Source: Dehalococcoidia bacterium (GTDB lineage Bacteria; Chloroflexota; Dehalococcoidia; Bin125). Taken from it: DNA of 64,000 bases. This document shows, piece after piece, positions 50,533 through 60,670 of the stretch. Position 1 is the stretch's first letter. Every line of letters starts with the position of its first letter. The position numbers and the translations under genes were made by a program. A model generated the notes under the pieces. It did no database searches and was not told the DNA's origin. It saw nothing but the letters and a program-made list of their open reading frames with translations. Where the stretch lies: NCBI GenBank assembly GCA_963663235.2, contig CAXXNO010000005.1, forward strand, positions 32,001 to 96,000, written 5' to 3'.

Positions 50533-51778
50533 ATGCCGGTGCTTCGGATAAGCGCGATCGTGCGCGAGATCGATCGGCGCACGTGGGTGTCGACGGCCGT
50601 TCACGACGGGTCCCTGCGCTCTAACCGGCTCGTTGCGCTGCAGGTCGCCCTGCCACTCGCCCTCCTGAGCGCGATTCTGCTCTCGCCGAAGCTGTGGCTA
50701 TCGAGCCGCGACTATCCGCTCATTCCCGTGTTCGACTTCCTGCCCCCGCTCGACGCCCCATTCGACGCCCTGGTCTTCGCGATCCTCGTTGCGGCGATCG
50801 TTCTTGCGGCTCTCGCCGTAAATCCTCGGCGCTACATCGCGGTGCTGCTGGCCGCACTCGTGCTCTTGATCCTCTTCGATCAAACCAGGCTCCAGCCGTG
50901 GACGTACCAGTACCTGTTCATGTTCGGGGCCTTGGCGGCGCTTTCCTGGTCCACCGCACACGCCGGGACGCGGGCGACGGCGCTGAACAGCGTCCGTTTC
51001 ATCATCGCCATCACGTACGTTTGGAGCGGCGCGCAGAAGCTGAACGTGACCTTCGCCGATGAGGTGCTTCCTTGGTTTGCCGAGCCGATCACGGACTTTC
51101 TGCCGGTTCTGTCGAACGACTTCCCGACCGCCGTCGGGTTCATGGCGGCGGCTCTGGAAATCGCGCTCGGGATGGGGCTCTTGTTCCGCAAGACCCGCTC
51201 GGTCGCGGTCATCGGGCTGATCGCGATGCACGTGCTCATCCTCATCTCTCTTGGGCCCCTGGGTCACAACTGGAACAGTGTGATCTGGCCCTGGAATGTC
51301 GCCATGGCGGTGTTCCTCGTGATCCTTTTCTGGAGGGGAAAAGGGCGCCGGCGCGCGCGATGTGCTCGTGGGTCGGCGCTGGCGCTTTCACACTCTCGCC
51401 GTACTCTTGCTCGGCGTGATGCCGCTCCTCAGTTTCTTCGACCGGTGGGATTCGTACCTGTCGTCCAGCCTCTATTCGGGAAACATTCGCACTGCGGCGA
51501 TCTTCGTCGATGAATCCGTCGGCGCCCGTCTACCCGCCGCGGTGCAGGAAAACGCGCGCCCTCAGTCCGATGGTCGGTTTCTCATCACGGTCTCGGATTG
51601 GGCGCTAAACGAGCTGAATGTCACTCCATACCCGGAAAACCGCGCCTTCCGGGCCGTCGCGGAGCACCTCTGCACGTACGCGGATGATCCGTCGGACGTG
51701 GAGCTGATCGTCCTCGGGAAGCCCGCTCTCTTCAACGGCGATCGTTCGATCACCGGATTCGAATGCTCCGACCTCTAG
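50533..51778 (+). CDS. Multi-pass membrane protein (HTTM/MauE-DoxX-like); frameshift at about 51340
   Basis: DQTRLQPW.Y, Y.WSG.QKLN, E...G.GL, MH..I, NWNSVIWPWN; ORF 51362..51778 continues WDSYLS.SLYSGN. Confidence 0.7.
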
Positions 51779-52061
51779 GGCAGAGACACGCCCAGGCCGT
51801 GGGTGTCCATGAACAGGTCGATCGCCACCCGAACACCACCGGGCCGGTTATCGCCAAGCAGACCACGCACCGCAAGCGTGCGCGGGGACCGTCCGGGACG
51901 GCGCCTTCGCCGTGGGCGGTGGTTGTGTGCCTTGGCATCGGCCGGGGTTGCGGCTGGCTGGCGAGGCCAACTACCCTTCCCCCGGTTACGATGTCTGTCG
52001 CGACAACGCGCGCCTGACGCACGGCCGATCAGCGGGCGCATCCGTAGCCTCTGGAGCCTTG

Positions 52062-53846
52062 ATGACTACCCTCGACCCCGTCCAGCTCATCGTCATGGCC
52101 AACCGGGTGGATGGCATTACCCGTGAGATGACCAACACCCTGGTCCGCACCGCCCGGTCGGGGACGCTCGCCGCGCGTGATCTCTCCTGCTCCCTCTCCA
52201 CCGCCGGGCATGAGCTCTTCGCGGCGCCCGAGGGCTGCCCGGTGCACGTCTACGGATCGGGCCTCCTCTGCGAGGCCATGCAGGAGATGCACCCCGACTT
52301 CAAAGAGGGCGACGCCTTTTTGCACAATGATCCCTACCTCGGCAACACCCACGCGGCCGACTGGACGATCCTGGTGCCGGTCTTCTATGCCGGCGAGCAC
52401 ATCTTCACGACCTGTGTGAAGGCGCACCAAGCCGACACCGGAAACGCCATCCGCACGACCTACTCGCCCGAGGCCGTCGACGTGTACGCCGAGGGAGCGT
52501 TGATCTTCCCGTGCGTGCGCATTCAGGAGCACTACGCAGACGTCGGCGACATCATCCGCATGTGCCAGAAGCGCATCCGCATCCCCGAGATCTGGTACGG
52601 CGACTACCTGGCCATGATCGCGGCCGCCCGGGTGGGCGAGCAGGGGATCCAGGCCTTCTGCCGCAAGTTCGGGCTGGAGACGGTGAAGACCTTCGTCCGC
52701 GAGTGGCTGGACTACTCCGAGCGCATGACCATGGCGGCGATTCGCGAACTGCCGGCCGGCGAGGCCGAGGCGTGGAGCACGGTGGATCCGTTCCCCAGCC
52801 TCCCCGATGGCATCCCGCTGCACGCCAAGATCGCGGTCGACCCCGCCGCCGCGCGCGTCACGGTCGACTTCCGCGACAACCCGGACTGCACGCCCACCGG
52901 CTTGAATCAGAGCCGCGCCACCGCCACGACCGCCGCCGTCTCCGGCATCCTGCACATCCTCAACGCGCGCCCGGAAGCCAAAGTGGAGGTCGCGCCCAAC
53001 AACGGTGGCAGCTTCCGTCGCTTCGATGTGCTGTTACGCGAGAACTGCGTGCTGGGGATCCCGGTCCATCCCTACTCCTGCTCCATGGCTACCACCACGG
53101 TCTTGGAGCGCGGCATGGGCATGGTCTTCGCCGCCTTCGCTCAGCTGGCCGACGGCGTGGGCCTGGGCGAGCCGGCCTGGGGCCTGGCGCCCTACGACGG
53201 CGTGGTGTCCGGCTTCGACCGGCGGCGCGGCGAGCCCTACATGTTGCAGGTCTTCAGTGGCACCGCCGGCGGCCCCGCCGGGCCGCAATCCGACGGCTGG
53301 CTCACGCTGGTCGGCGCGGGAGCCGGTGGCGTCATGTACATCGATTCCGCCGAGGTGATCGAGCAGAAATACCCCTACGTGCTCTGGGACAAAAGGCTCC
53401 GCGTCGATTCCGAAGGCGCCGGCCGCCAACGGGGGGCGCCGGGCAATATTTGCAGCTACGGTCCGCTCGTGGACCCGATGGACGTCTACTACTCGCTCGA
53501 CGGGATGTTCAACCCGCCGCAAGGCGTGCGCGGGGGCGGCCCCACGCAAGGGCCCGGCGCGCACCTGCGAGAGGCAAGCGGCTCGACGCGCGTCCTTCCG
53601 GAACTCGTCGGTGAACAGCGGCTGGAGCCCGGGGAGCGGATCGTGGGCCTCTCCTCCGGTGGCGGCGGCTACGGCGATCCCCTGACTCGTGACGCAGAGG
53701 CCGTCCTGCGCGACGTCGTCGAGGGCTTCATCACCGTCGGCCGCGCGCGCGCCGTCTACGCCGTCGTCCTCACCGGCGACCCCGCCCGCGTCGAGACCCT
53801 CGCCGTCGATCAGAAGGCCACCGCCGCCATCCGCACCAGCGGCTGA
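52062..53846 (+). CDS. Hydantoinase B/oxoprolinase family protein (clade II)
   Basis: DPVQL, PVHVYG, HNDPYLGNTHAAD, KAHQAD, DSEGAGRQRG, GGGGYGDP. Confidence 0.92.
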   Translation: MTTLDPVQLIVMANRVDGITREMTNTLVRTARSGTLAARDLSCSLSTAGHELFAAPEGCPVHVYGSGLLCEAMQEMHPDFKEGDAFLHNDPYLGNTHAADWTILVPVFYAGEHIFTTCVKAHQADTGNAIRTTYSPEAVDVYAEGALIFPCVRIQEHYADVGDIIRMCQKRIRIPEIWYGDYLAMIAAARVGEQGIQAFCRKFGLETVKTFVREWLDYSERMTMAAIRELPAGEAEAWSTVDPFPSLPDGIPLHAKIAVDPAAARVTVDFRDNPDCTPTGLNQSRATATTAAVSGILHILNARPEAKVEVAPNNGGSFRRFDVLLRENCVLGIPVHPYSCSMATTTVLERGMGMVFAAFAQLADGVGLGEPAWGLAPYDGVVSGFDRRRGEPYMLQVFSGTAGGPAGPQSDGWLTLVGAGAGGVMYIDSAEVIEQKYPYVLWDKRLRVDSEGAGRQRGAPGNICSYGPLVDPMDVYYSLDGMFNPPQGVRGGGPTQGPGAHLREASGSTRVLPELVGEQRLEPGERIVGLSSGGGGYGDPLTRDAEAVLRDVVEGFITVGRARAVYAVVLTGDPARVETLAVDQKATAAIRTSG

Positions 53847-53881
53847 TCTGCCGCCCAAGGCGGCACGACTCCCCGCGATGG

Positions 53882-54757
53882 TCAGACGCGGATGTTGTGC
53901 GCGTACAGGTCGCTGAGTGCTGCCGCCCATTCGGGGTCGGGCAGGCGGTACGTGGGGAGCGGCAACTCGCGCCGTTCGACGCCGAGACGTTGGAAGATCC
54001 GCTCCGCGTTGGGTCCGGCCGGGTTCCGTAGCTTCCACGTCTCCCCGTCGAGGATGTCGAGCACGACCTCGGCGACACGCTCGGGCGCCGTCGCGTCGGG
54101 GATCCCTGAGCGGAAAAACGCACCGCCCCGGCGGATCGCGACGGCATAGGGGCTGCCGGGCTCCGGAGGTGGAGGGTTCGGCAGATCATCCAGAATCGGC
54201 GTGGCGATCAGGCCCGACTCGATCAGCGCCACGCGCACGTCGGTGTCCACGAGCTCCAGCGCGACGCTCTCCGTCACCCCTTCCAGCGCGAATTTCGACG
54301 CCGTGTACGGAGACTCCAGCGGCCCGACCGACACCGCCCCGATTGATGAGACGTTGATGATCGCGCCCCGGCCGCGCTCCCGCATGTGGCCCAGCAACGC
54401 CTGCATGCACCGCAGGGGCCCGTAGAAGTTCGTCTCCATGACGTCGCGATAGGCCTGCAGCGGCAGGAACTCCACTGGGCCGCTCTCGCCGATGATCCCG
54501 GCGTTGTTTACCAGCACGTCGATCTGCCCCGCCTCCTCCAGGACGAACGCTACGCCCCCCCGCACCGACGCGTCGTCCCGCACGTCGAGCGGCACGACAC
54601 GCACTTCCACTCCGGCAGCTTTGGCCGCCTCCCGCAGCCCGTTCGCCCGGCCGGTGTCCCGCATCGACGCATACACTCGGTGCCCCGCCTTGGCGAGGTG
54701 CACCGCCATCGTCAAGCCGATGCCCTTGCTTGTTCCCGTGATGAGGCTGACGGTCAT
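53882..54757 (-). CDS. Short-chain dehydrogenase/reductase
   Basis: ITGTSKGIG, NNAG, NVSS, YTASK. Confidence 0.92.
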   Translation of the reverse strand: MTVSLITGTSKGIGLTMAVHLAKAGHRVYASMRDTGRANGLREAAKAAGVEVRVVPLDVRDDASVRGGVAFVLEEAGQIDVLVNNAGIIGESGPVEFLPLQAYRDVMETNFYGPLRCMQALLGHMRERGRGAIINVSSIGAVSVGPLESPYTASKFALEGVTESVALELVDTDVRVALIESGLIATPILDDLPNPPPPEPGSPYAVAIRRGGAFFRSGIPDATAPERVAEVVLDILDGETWKLRNPAGPNAERIFQRLGVERRELPLPTYRLPDPEWAAALSDLYAHNIRV

Positions 54758-54940
54758 GAGAGGCCCTCCAGGGGCGCGGTGTCGAGATGGACGGGATCAC
54801 GGTGCAGGGTACCGAGGCCTGGACGGCGCGTCGTGATCTCCTCCGTGGCCTCTAGAGCCTGACGTCCGGCCGTATACTCGGCGCGCGGCACGACGGATAA
54901 TCCACCTCACCCTCTTCTCGACGCAGGAGATGACGTCACC

Positions 54941-55110
54941 GTGCAAAGCATCAAGCTGGACTACGACAAACGCTGCGCCGCAGAGCCCGCCAAGTGACAT
55001 AACCGCTAGCACGCGGAGATCCCACCTGCGCTGGAGGTGAGCCTGGGTGAAGCGGTGGAAGCCGACACGCGGGATGCCTTCGACGGACAGATCACGCCGC
55101 AGACCGTGGC
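54941..55110 (+). pseudogene. Acetamidase/formamidase N-terminal relic
   Basis: AGGAG RBS; MQSIKLDYDKRCAAEPAK*HNR*HAEIPPALEVSLGEAVEADTRDAFDGQI matches the recalled family GHNRWHPDIPP..V..GE.V..ETRDAFDGQ, with two nonsense codons and truncation. Confidence 0.75.
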
Positions 55111-55337
55111 CGTGCCGAACATAGTCGTCTCAGCCTTCTTGCCTCTCGACATCTTTGACTCCTAGCCACTTGAGGGGCGGCCCGGTCATAGCGTCTAAGA
55201 TGTGCCCGATGCGCGATTGTGATTCTCTCGACCGTGCGATGGACCGCGCTTTCCGATCTCGAACTCGGCGGTGGAACCGTGCGAGTCGGCGATTTTGGCG
55301 CCATCCACCAGGCGCCGCGTTGCTCTCTCACAGAGAC

Positions 55338-56510
55338 GTGCGCTCTCGAAGATCGGCGCCGCGAGCATGGCCAAGCGTTTCCTGGCGCCGACGCCTCGCG
55401 CCGCTGGCCGCCCTTGCCGTCGCTGCGATCTTGCTCGCCGCCTGCGGCGACGACGGCGACAACGGCGACGGCGACGATGCCAGCGCGCAAGAGGCGAGGC
55501 TGCGGGGTCGGGAGATCAACGTCGCGGCGGGCGTGCCGGTGTACTCGGCGGCGCCCTCGCTCGAGCACTTCGCGACCGACGCATCGCCCTTCACCGGCGG
55601 TCGCATATTTCGCGACGCGAGCCTTTTCAATACCCCCATCCCGCCCGCTGCGCCGCTGCACCCCGACTCCGAAGATCTCGTGGCGGCGTTGCTCGATCGC
55701 GCCGCCGAGGGCCTCGTGATCGCGACGACGGAATGGACCATCCCGGCCTTTCGCGCCGGCGCCACCACGCCTCGCGTCGACGTGCGGCTGACCGCCGACT
55801 GGGCGCCCTTTCGCGTCCTGCGCCAGGTCCCCATCCCGGACGGGGCCATCCCCGATCCGCAGGACGACGGTCATTTAACGATCATCGATTTCGACGGCGG
55901 CTGGGTCTACGACCTCTGGCAGGCGCAGCGCACGGACGATGGTTGGGAAGCCTCGTGGGGGAATCGCATCGCCCTCGACTCCGATGGCATCTATCCGCTC
56001 GGACTGTCGGCCCGCGGGAGCGGCTTCTCGTCGTTGATGGGCCTGATCTGGCCGCACGAGTTTGCCCAAGGCTCGATCAATCACGTGCTGGTCTTCTCGA
56101 CGCTGCCGAACCGCGCCGGGCTCCTCGTACCGCCGGCGACCGAATCGGACGGTCGTTCGGATGACCCGCTCACCTTGCCCGAGGGGGCGCGCCTCCGCCT
56201 CGACCCGGCTCTCGACCTTGATCTTCTGGACCTCGCCCCGTGGGAGCGCGTAATCGCACGGGCGATGCAGGAGTACGGCATCATCCTTGCCGACAACGGC
56301 AGCGAGAGCATTTCGCTGTACGCCGTGCACCCCGCCTCATTTGGCGGCTACGCTGCTCCCTACGATCTCGAAGAGGGCATTGGCTACGCCACGAACATCC
56401 CTCTGGATCGGCTACAACTCCTCGATTGGGACGAGCTCATCGACATTGAGGATCTCCCCAACGAAGTGATCGACGCCACGATCTACGCGGAACCGGCCGA
56501 TGTCGACTAG
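55338..56510 (+). CDS. Conserved hypothetical lipoprotein (start uncertain)
   Basis: Lipobox LAAC; globular domain with DGHL, GLI..E, INHVL, SDG, EG.RLRL, QEYG..LAD. Confidence 0.75.
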   Translation: MRSRRSAPRAWPSVSWRRRLAPLAALAVAAILLAACGDDGDNGDGDDASAQEARLRGREINVAAGVPVYSAAPSLEHFATDASPFTGGRIFRDASLFNTPIPPAAPLHPDSEDLVAALLDRAAEGLVIATTEWTIPAFRAGATTPRVDVRLTADWAPFRVLRQVPIPDGAIPDPQDDGHLTIIDFDGGWVYDLWQAQRTDDGWEASWGNRIALDSDGIYPLGLSARGSGFSSLMGLIWPHEFAQGSINHVLVFSTLPNRAGLLVPPATESDGRSDDPLTLPEGARLRLDPALDLDLLDLAPWERVIARAMQEYGIILADNGSESISLYAVHPASFGGYAAPYDLEEGIGYATNIPLDRLQLLDWDELIDIEDLPNEVIDATIYAEPADVD

Positions 56511-56528
56511 TACACCGCCGCACAGCGC

Positions 56529-58373
56529 TTATCCGCGCAGCATCGCCGTTGCTTCCTCGTCGATCGAGAGTGTCTCGACCTTCGTCGGGTCACCGCTAAT
56601 GACAACGCCATAGGCGTCACGCGCTCGCCCAATGCTGACGTACCCTTCGGTCACGTCCCGGAGCACGGCCTCCGGCTCACGCGTGAGTGGATCGCCGTAA
56701 CCGCCACCGCCGTCCGACAGAGACACGATCCGCTCGCCGACGTCCAGGCCCTGCTCGCCGACCACGTCGCGAAGCTGCCGCAGCGACCCGTCCCGGAGGG
56801 CGAGGTGCGCCTCCGATCCCTTGGCGGGACCGCCACCTTGTACGCCCTGCGGGACGTTGTGCATGCCGTCCAGCGTGTAGTGAGCCTCCATCGGATCCCA
56901 GAGCGGTCCGTAGCTACATATGTTGCCCGGCGCTCCGCGCTGACGGCCGGCGCCTTCCGAGTCCGGGCGCGCCCGCTTCTCAAAGATGACGAACGGGTAC
57001 TTCTGCTCGACCACTTCGGTTTCGTCGATGTACATGAGCCCTGCGGCGGCGGCGGCGAGCAAAGATAGCCATCCGTCGGATTCCGCGCTCGCAGGCCCGC
57101 CGGCAGTGCCGCTGAACAGCTGGAACACGTAGGGCTCGTCGCGCCGACGGTTGTAGCCTGAGACCACCGCCATGAACGGTCCCTGCCCGCAACACGGCTC
57201 TGCCAGCCCGATCCCGTCTATCAACCGCCCAAAGGCCGAGAAGATCATCCCCTGCGTCCGGCTAGCAACTGTCGTCGTCGCCATGGAGCAGGAGGTGGGA
57301 TGGATCGGGATCCCCACGGCACAGTTCTCGCGCAGGAGGACGGTGAAGCGCCGGAAGGCCCCGGCGTTGTGCGGGACCAGCTCGGCCCGCGCTGCCCGCT
57401 TGGAGTTGAGCACCACCAGGATCCCGGTGATCGCCGCGTTCATGGCCGTCGAGCGGCTGAGGTTCAGGCCCGTGGGCGTGCAGTCCGGGTTGTCACGCAG
57501 ATCGACCGTGACGCGACCGGCGTCCGGATCGACCTCGATTGCTGCTTTAATCGGCAGGCCGTCCGGGATCCCCGGAAACGGGTCCACGGTGCTCTGCGCC
57601 TTCACGCGGCCCGCCGGCAATTGACGGATCGCGGCCACGCTCAGCCGCTCGCTGTAATCCAGCCACTCCCGAGTGAAGCGCCTGACGGTTTCCAGACCGA
57701 ACTTTGCACAGAACTCCTTGATCCGTTCCTCGCCCACGCGAGCGGCGGCGAGCATCGCCAAGTAATCGCCGTACCAGACCTCGGGTACTCGGATCCGCTT
57801 CTCGCACATGCGAATGATGTCGTCCACGTCCTGATAGGCCCGCTGGATTCGGACGCACGGGAAGATCAACGCCCCTTCGGCGTAGACGTCTACGGCCTTG
57901 GGCACGTACGTGCTGGGGATCGCGTTGCCGATGTCCGACAGATGGGCTTTCACGCAGGTCGTGAACACGTGCGCGCCGTCGAAAAACACCGGCACGAGGA
58001 TCGTGTGGTCGGCCGGGTGCGAGTTGCCGAGGTAGGGGTCATTGTGGAGAAACGCATCGCCCACCTCGCGATCCGGGTGCAGCTCCGCCATCGCCTCGCA
58101 CAGGAGCCCCGATCCGTACACGTGCACGGGCAATCCCTCGGGAGCGGCGAACAGATTGTTCTCAGCGTCGACGATGGAGCAGGAGAAGTCCCGCGCCACC
58201 AGCGTCGCCGAGCGCGCGGTCCGGACTAGGATGTTCGTCATTTCGCGGGTGATGCCGTCCATCCGGTTCGCCATCACCAGCAGTTGGACGGGGTCGAACG
58301 ATGTCTCCGTGGTCCCAAAGGCGCTGACGGGCACGAACCGGTTCACCGATCTACGCGATGCTTCACTTGCCAT
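56529..58373 (-). CDS. Hydantoinase B/oxoprolinase family protein (clade II)
   Basis: DPVQLL, PVHVYG, HNDPYLGNSHPAD, KAHLSD, DSEGAGRQRG, GGGGYGDP. Confidence 0.92.
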   Translation of the reverse strand: MASEASRRSVNRFVPVSAFGTTETSFDPVQLLVMANRMDGITREMTNILVRTARSATLVARDFSCSIVDAENNLFAAPEGLPVHVYGSGLLCEAMAELHPDREVGDAFLHNDPYLGNSHPADHTILVPVFFDGAHVFTTCVKAHLSDIGNAIPSTYVPKAVDVYAEGALIFPCVRIQRAYQDVDDIIRMCEKRIRVPEVWYGDYLAMLAAARVGEERIKEFCAKFGLETVRRFTREWLDYSERLSVAAIRQLPAGRVKAQSTVDPFPGIPDGLPIKAAIEVDPDAGRVTVDLRDNPDCTPTGLNLSRSTAMNAAITGILVVLNSKRAARAELVPHNAGAFRRFTVLLRENCAVGIPIHPTSCSMATTTVASRTQGMIFSAFGRLIDGIGLAEPCCGQGPFMAVVSGYNRRRDEPYVFQLFSGTAGGPASAESDGWLSLLAAAAAGLMYIDETEVVEQKYPFVIFEKRARPDSEGAGRQRGAPGNICSYGPLWDPMEAHYTLDGMHNVPQGVQGGGPAKGSEAHLALRDGSLRQLRDVVGEQGLDVGERIVSLSDGGGGYGDPLTREPEAVLRDVTEGYVSIGRARDAYGVVISGDPTKVETLSIDEEATAMLRG

Positions 58374-58459
58374 GACCGATGACGTCGCGACTCCGCGATC
58401 ACATCATCGAGCCGTCCCTCGACCGTTCGATGGCGACTCGCCGCCGGTCGTGCTCACGG

Positions 58460-59326
58460 CTACGCCAGCTTCCGCACGAACTCTGCGTAGCGATCGAGCA
58501 AGGGCAGCACGGATCCGGCCGGCTCCGGCGGCAGGTGGAACACCAGCCGTCCGAACCCCAGGTCCATAAGCTCGCGGGCTTCCACCTCACCCCGTGCCGG
58601 ATCGATCAGGGGCTGGAGGTAGTAGGCCGTGAGATCGATCGTGTCCATCGAGCGACCGGCCTTGCTGGCTGTCGCCCGTAGCTCCTGCACCGCCCCGGCG
58701 ATGTCGCTGCGTCCGGGCAACGGCATCCAACCATCGCAGTACTCGATCACTCGCTCAAACGCCCACTTGGTCGCGTTCGACCCCAGAAGGACCGGCGGTC
58801 CCCCGGGGCGCACCGGCTTCGGGTACGACCAGATGGGATCGAAGTCGACAAAGGCCCCGTGAAACTCCGCCGCCTCCTCGGTCCAGATGGCGCGCATCGC
58901 CAGCACGCACTCCCGGGCCACCCGCCAGCGGTCCGCGAAGGCGACGCCGTGGTTCGCCATCTCCTCGGCGTTCCATCCCGCCCCGATCCCGAAGATGACT
59001 CGGCCTCCCGAGAGCTGGTCCAGCGAGGCCACCTGCTTCGCCGTCACGATCGGGTCGCGCTGCGCGATCAGGCACACCCCCAGAGCAAGCTTGATACGGC
59101 TCGTCGCCGTCGCGGCGGCGGCGAGAGCGACGAACGGGTCGTGCGTGTGCGAGTACTCGTTTGGGAGATCGCCCCCGCCGGGGAACGGCGACCGCCGGCT
59201 CGTTGGAATGTGCGTGTGCTCCGGCAGAAACAGCGACTCGAAGCCCCGTTCCTCCGCGGCCTGCGCCAGCTCCACCGGGGAGATCGCGTAGTCCGTGGGA
59301 AACATCATCACGCCAAAGTCGGTCAT
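58460..59326 (-). CDS. LLM-class F420-dependent oxidoreductase (Rv2161c-like)
   Basis: FPTDY, AEERGFESLFLPEHTHIP, RDPIVTAKQVASLD.LSGGR, GWNAEEM.NHG. Confidence 0.92.
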   Translation of the reverse strand: MTDFGVMMFPTDYAISPVELAQAAEERGFESLFLPEHTHIPTSRRSPFPGGGDLPNEYSHTHDPFVALAAAATATSRIKLALGVCLIAQRDPIVTAKQVASLDQLSGGRVIFGIGAGWNAEEMANHGVAFADRWRVARECVLAMRAIWTEEAAEFHGAFVDFDPIWSYPKPVRPGGPPVLLGSNATKWAFERVIEYCDGWMPLPGRSDIAGAVQELRATASKAGRSMDTIDLTAYYLQPLIDPARGEVEARELMDLGFGRLVFHLPPEPAGSVLPLLDRYAEFVRKLA

Positions 59327-59619
59327 AGCCATCCCCCACCGCTGGTGCGCTCCGACGCTTACCGCCGCCACGCCGCTCGCGATCATACCCGCGAACCCCT
59401 GCGACGCCTAGCGCGCGCGCTGCGATCGCCTCGCGGCGGTGCTGACCCGGCTTCTGCCCCGTGGCGACGCGCTTCCCCCGACCCCCATGAGCGCGTCCGA
59501 GTCGGTCCGCGTCGTGAGAGACCGTGACCAAGCCGCCGCGAGAAGTGATCGCGTCCGCTCGCATCGCCGCTGGACGCGCTTCATGCCCACACCCGCGATC
59601 GGCCTTGTAGACTGGCCGC

Positions 59620-60444
59620 GTGTCTACAGCCTCTCTCTTCGTTCGCAGCGATAATCGCTTCGTCCCCACGGAGGTGGCCCGCGGTCCCTGGAGCCTCGAC
59701 TTCCTCCACGGCGGCCCGGTCGCCGCCCTCCTTGCCTGGGCGATCGAGCAGCGCGAGACGGATCCGGCCTTCCAGCCCGCGCGACTGACGGTCGATCTCT
59801 TCCGGCCCGTCCCCTACTCGCCGCTGGAAGTCACGAGTCGCGTCGTCCGCGCGGGCAAGCGGGTCCGCGTGATCGATGCCGGCCTCACCGCCAATGGCGT
59901 CGAGGTGAGCCGCGCCTCGGCGCTCCTCTTACGGCACGTGGACGTGGACTCGCCGGCGGCGCTGGACGCTCCCTCGGTCACGCCGCCGCCACCGGACGCT
60001 CTTCCGCCCTATGAGCAGCCCTTCTCGAGCGAGGGCGTCGCCTATCACACGGCAGTCGAGTACCGCCGCGCCGATCCGGAGAGCCCGCGCGGAGCCGTGG
60101 TCTGGGTGCGCCTGCCCTTCGCGCTGCTGCCGGAAGCGGACATGAGTCCGCTGGTCCACGCCGCCGCGATAGCGGACTTCGTCAATCCCTTCGCCAACCT
60201 GCCGGCCGGAACCCGGATCGGCTTCATCAACGCGGACGTCAACGTCTTCTTGCACCGGCCGCCCCTCGGCGACTGGCTCTGCCTCGCCGTTAGCAGCCGC
60301 CGGAGCGCCCGCGGGGTCGCCGTGGCCGACGCCGCACTCTTGGACACGTCCGGACCGGCCGGTCGATGCTTGGTCACTTCGATCGCGAACCCAGGAGCCA
60401 TGTTTGCGGGCCAAGCCGCCGATGGGTCCGTCGCCGCCCGCTGA
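59620..60444 (+). CDS. Thioesterase family protein (double hotdog)
   Basis: ARGPW...LHGGPV, RLTVDLFRPVP, AD, FINAD. Confidence 0.88.
   Translation: MSTASLFVRSDNRFVPTEVARGPWSLDFLHGGPVAALLAWAIEQRETDPAFQPARLTVDLFRPVPYSPLEVTSRVVRAGKRVRVIDAGLTANGVEVSRASALLLRHVDVDSPAALDAPSVTPPPPDALPPYEQPFSSEGVAYHTAVEYRRADPESPRGAVVWVRLPFALLPEADMSPLVHAAAIADFVNPFANLPAGTRIGFINADVNVFLHRPPLGDWLCLAVSSRRSARGVAVADAALLDTSGPAGRCLVTSIANPGAMFAGQAADGSVAAR
60108..60228 (+). repeat. Direct repeat, copy 1 (inside the thioesterase gene)
   Basis: 121 bp matching 63874..63994 with 5 mismatches by manual comparison. Confidence 0.92.
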
Positions 60445-60670
60445 TGGCGCGCTCCCTTGCCGGCCCCCGCTCGGGCTGAACGCCTCTCGGTTCACCGACA
60501 CGTGGCTCCCTACCAGATGGCCAACTGGCCGTCTACCAGATAAGGGTGCCCTGCGAGCCACAAAGATCGAGTGACCACGCCTCCTCGCGGGCGCTGTGAT
60601 ACAGCGCCGCGGCGGCCGGTGGCTCTGGTGGCGGTGTGTGCCGCTCACCCAGAGGTGAGATGCGCGTGCA

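Noticed and set aside
54995-54997. TGA in the acetamidase fragment as selenocysteine
   Set aside because: It aligns to Gly rather than Cys, is followed by a TAG four codons later, and the gene is truncated
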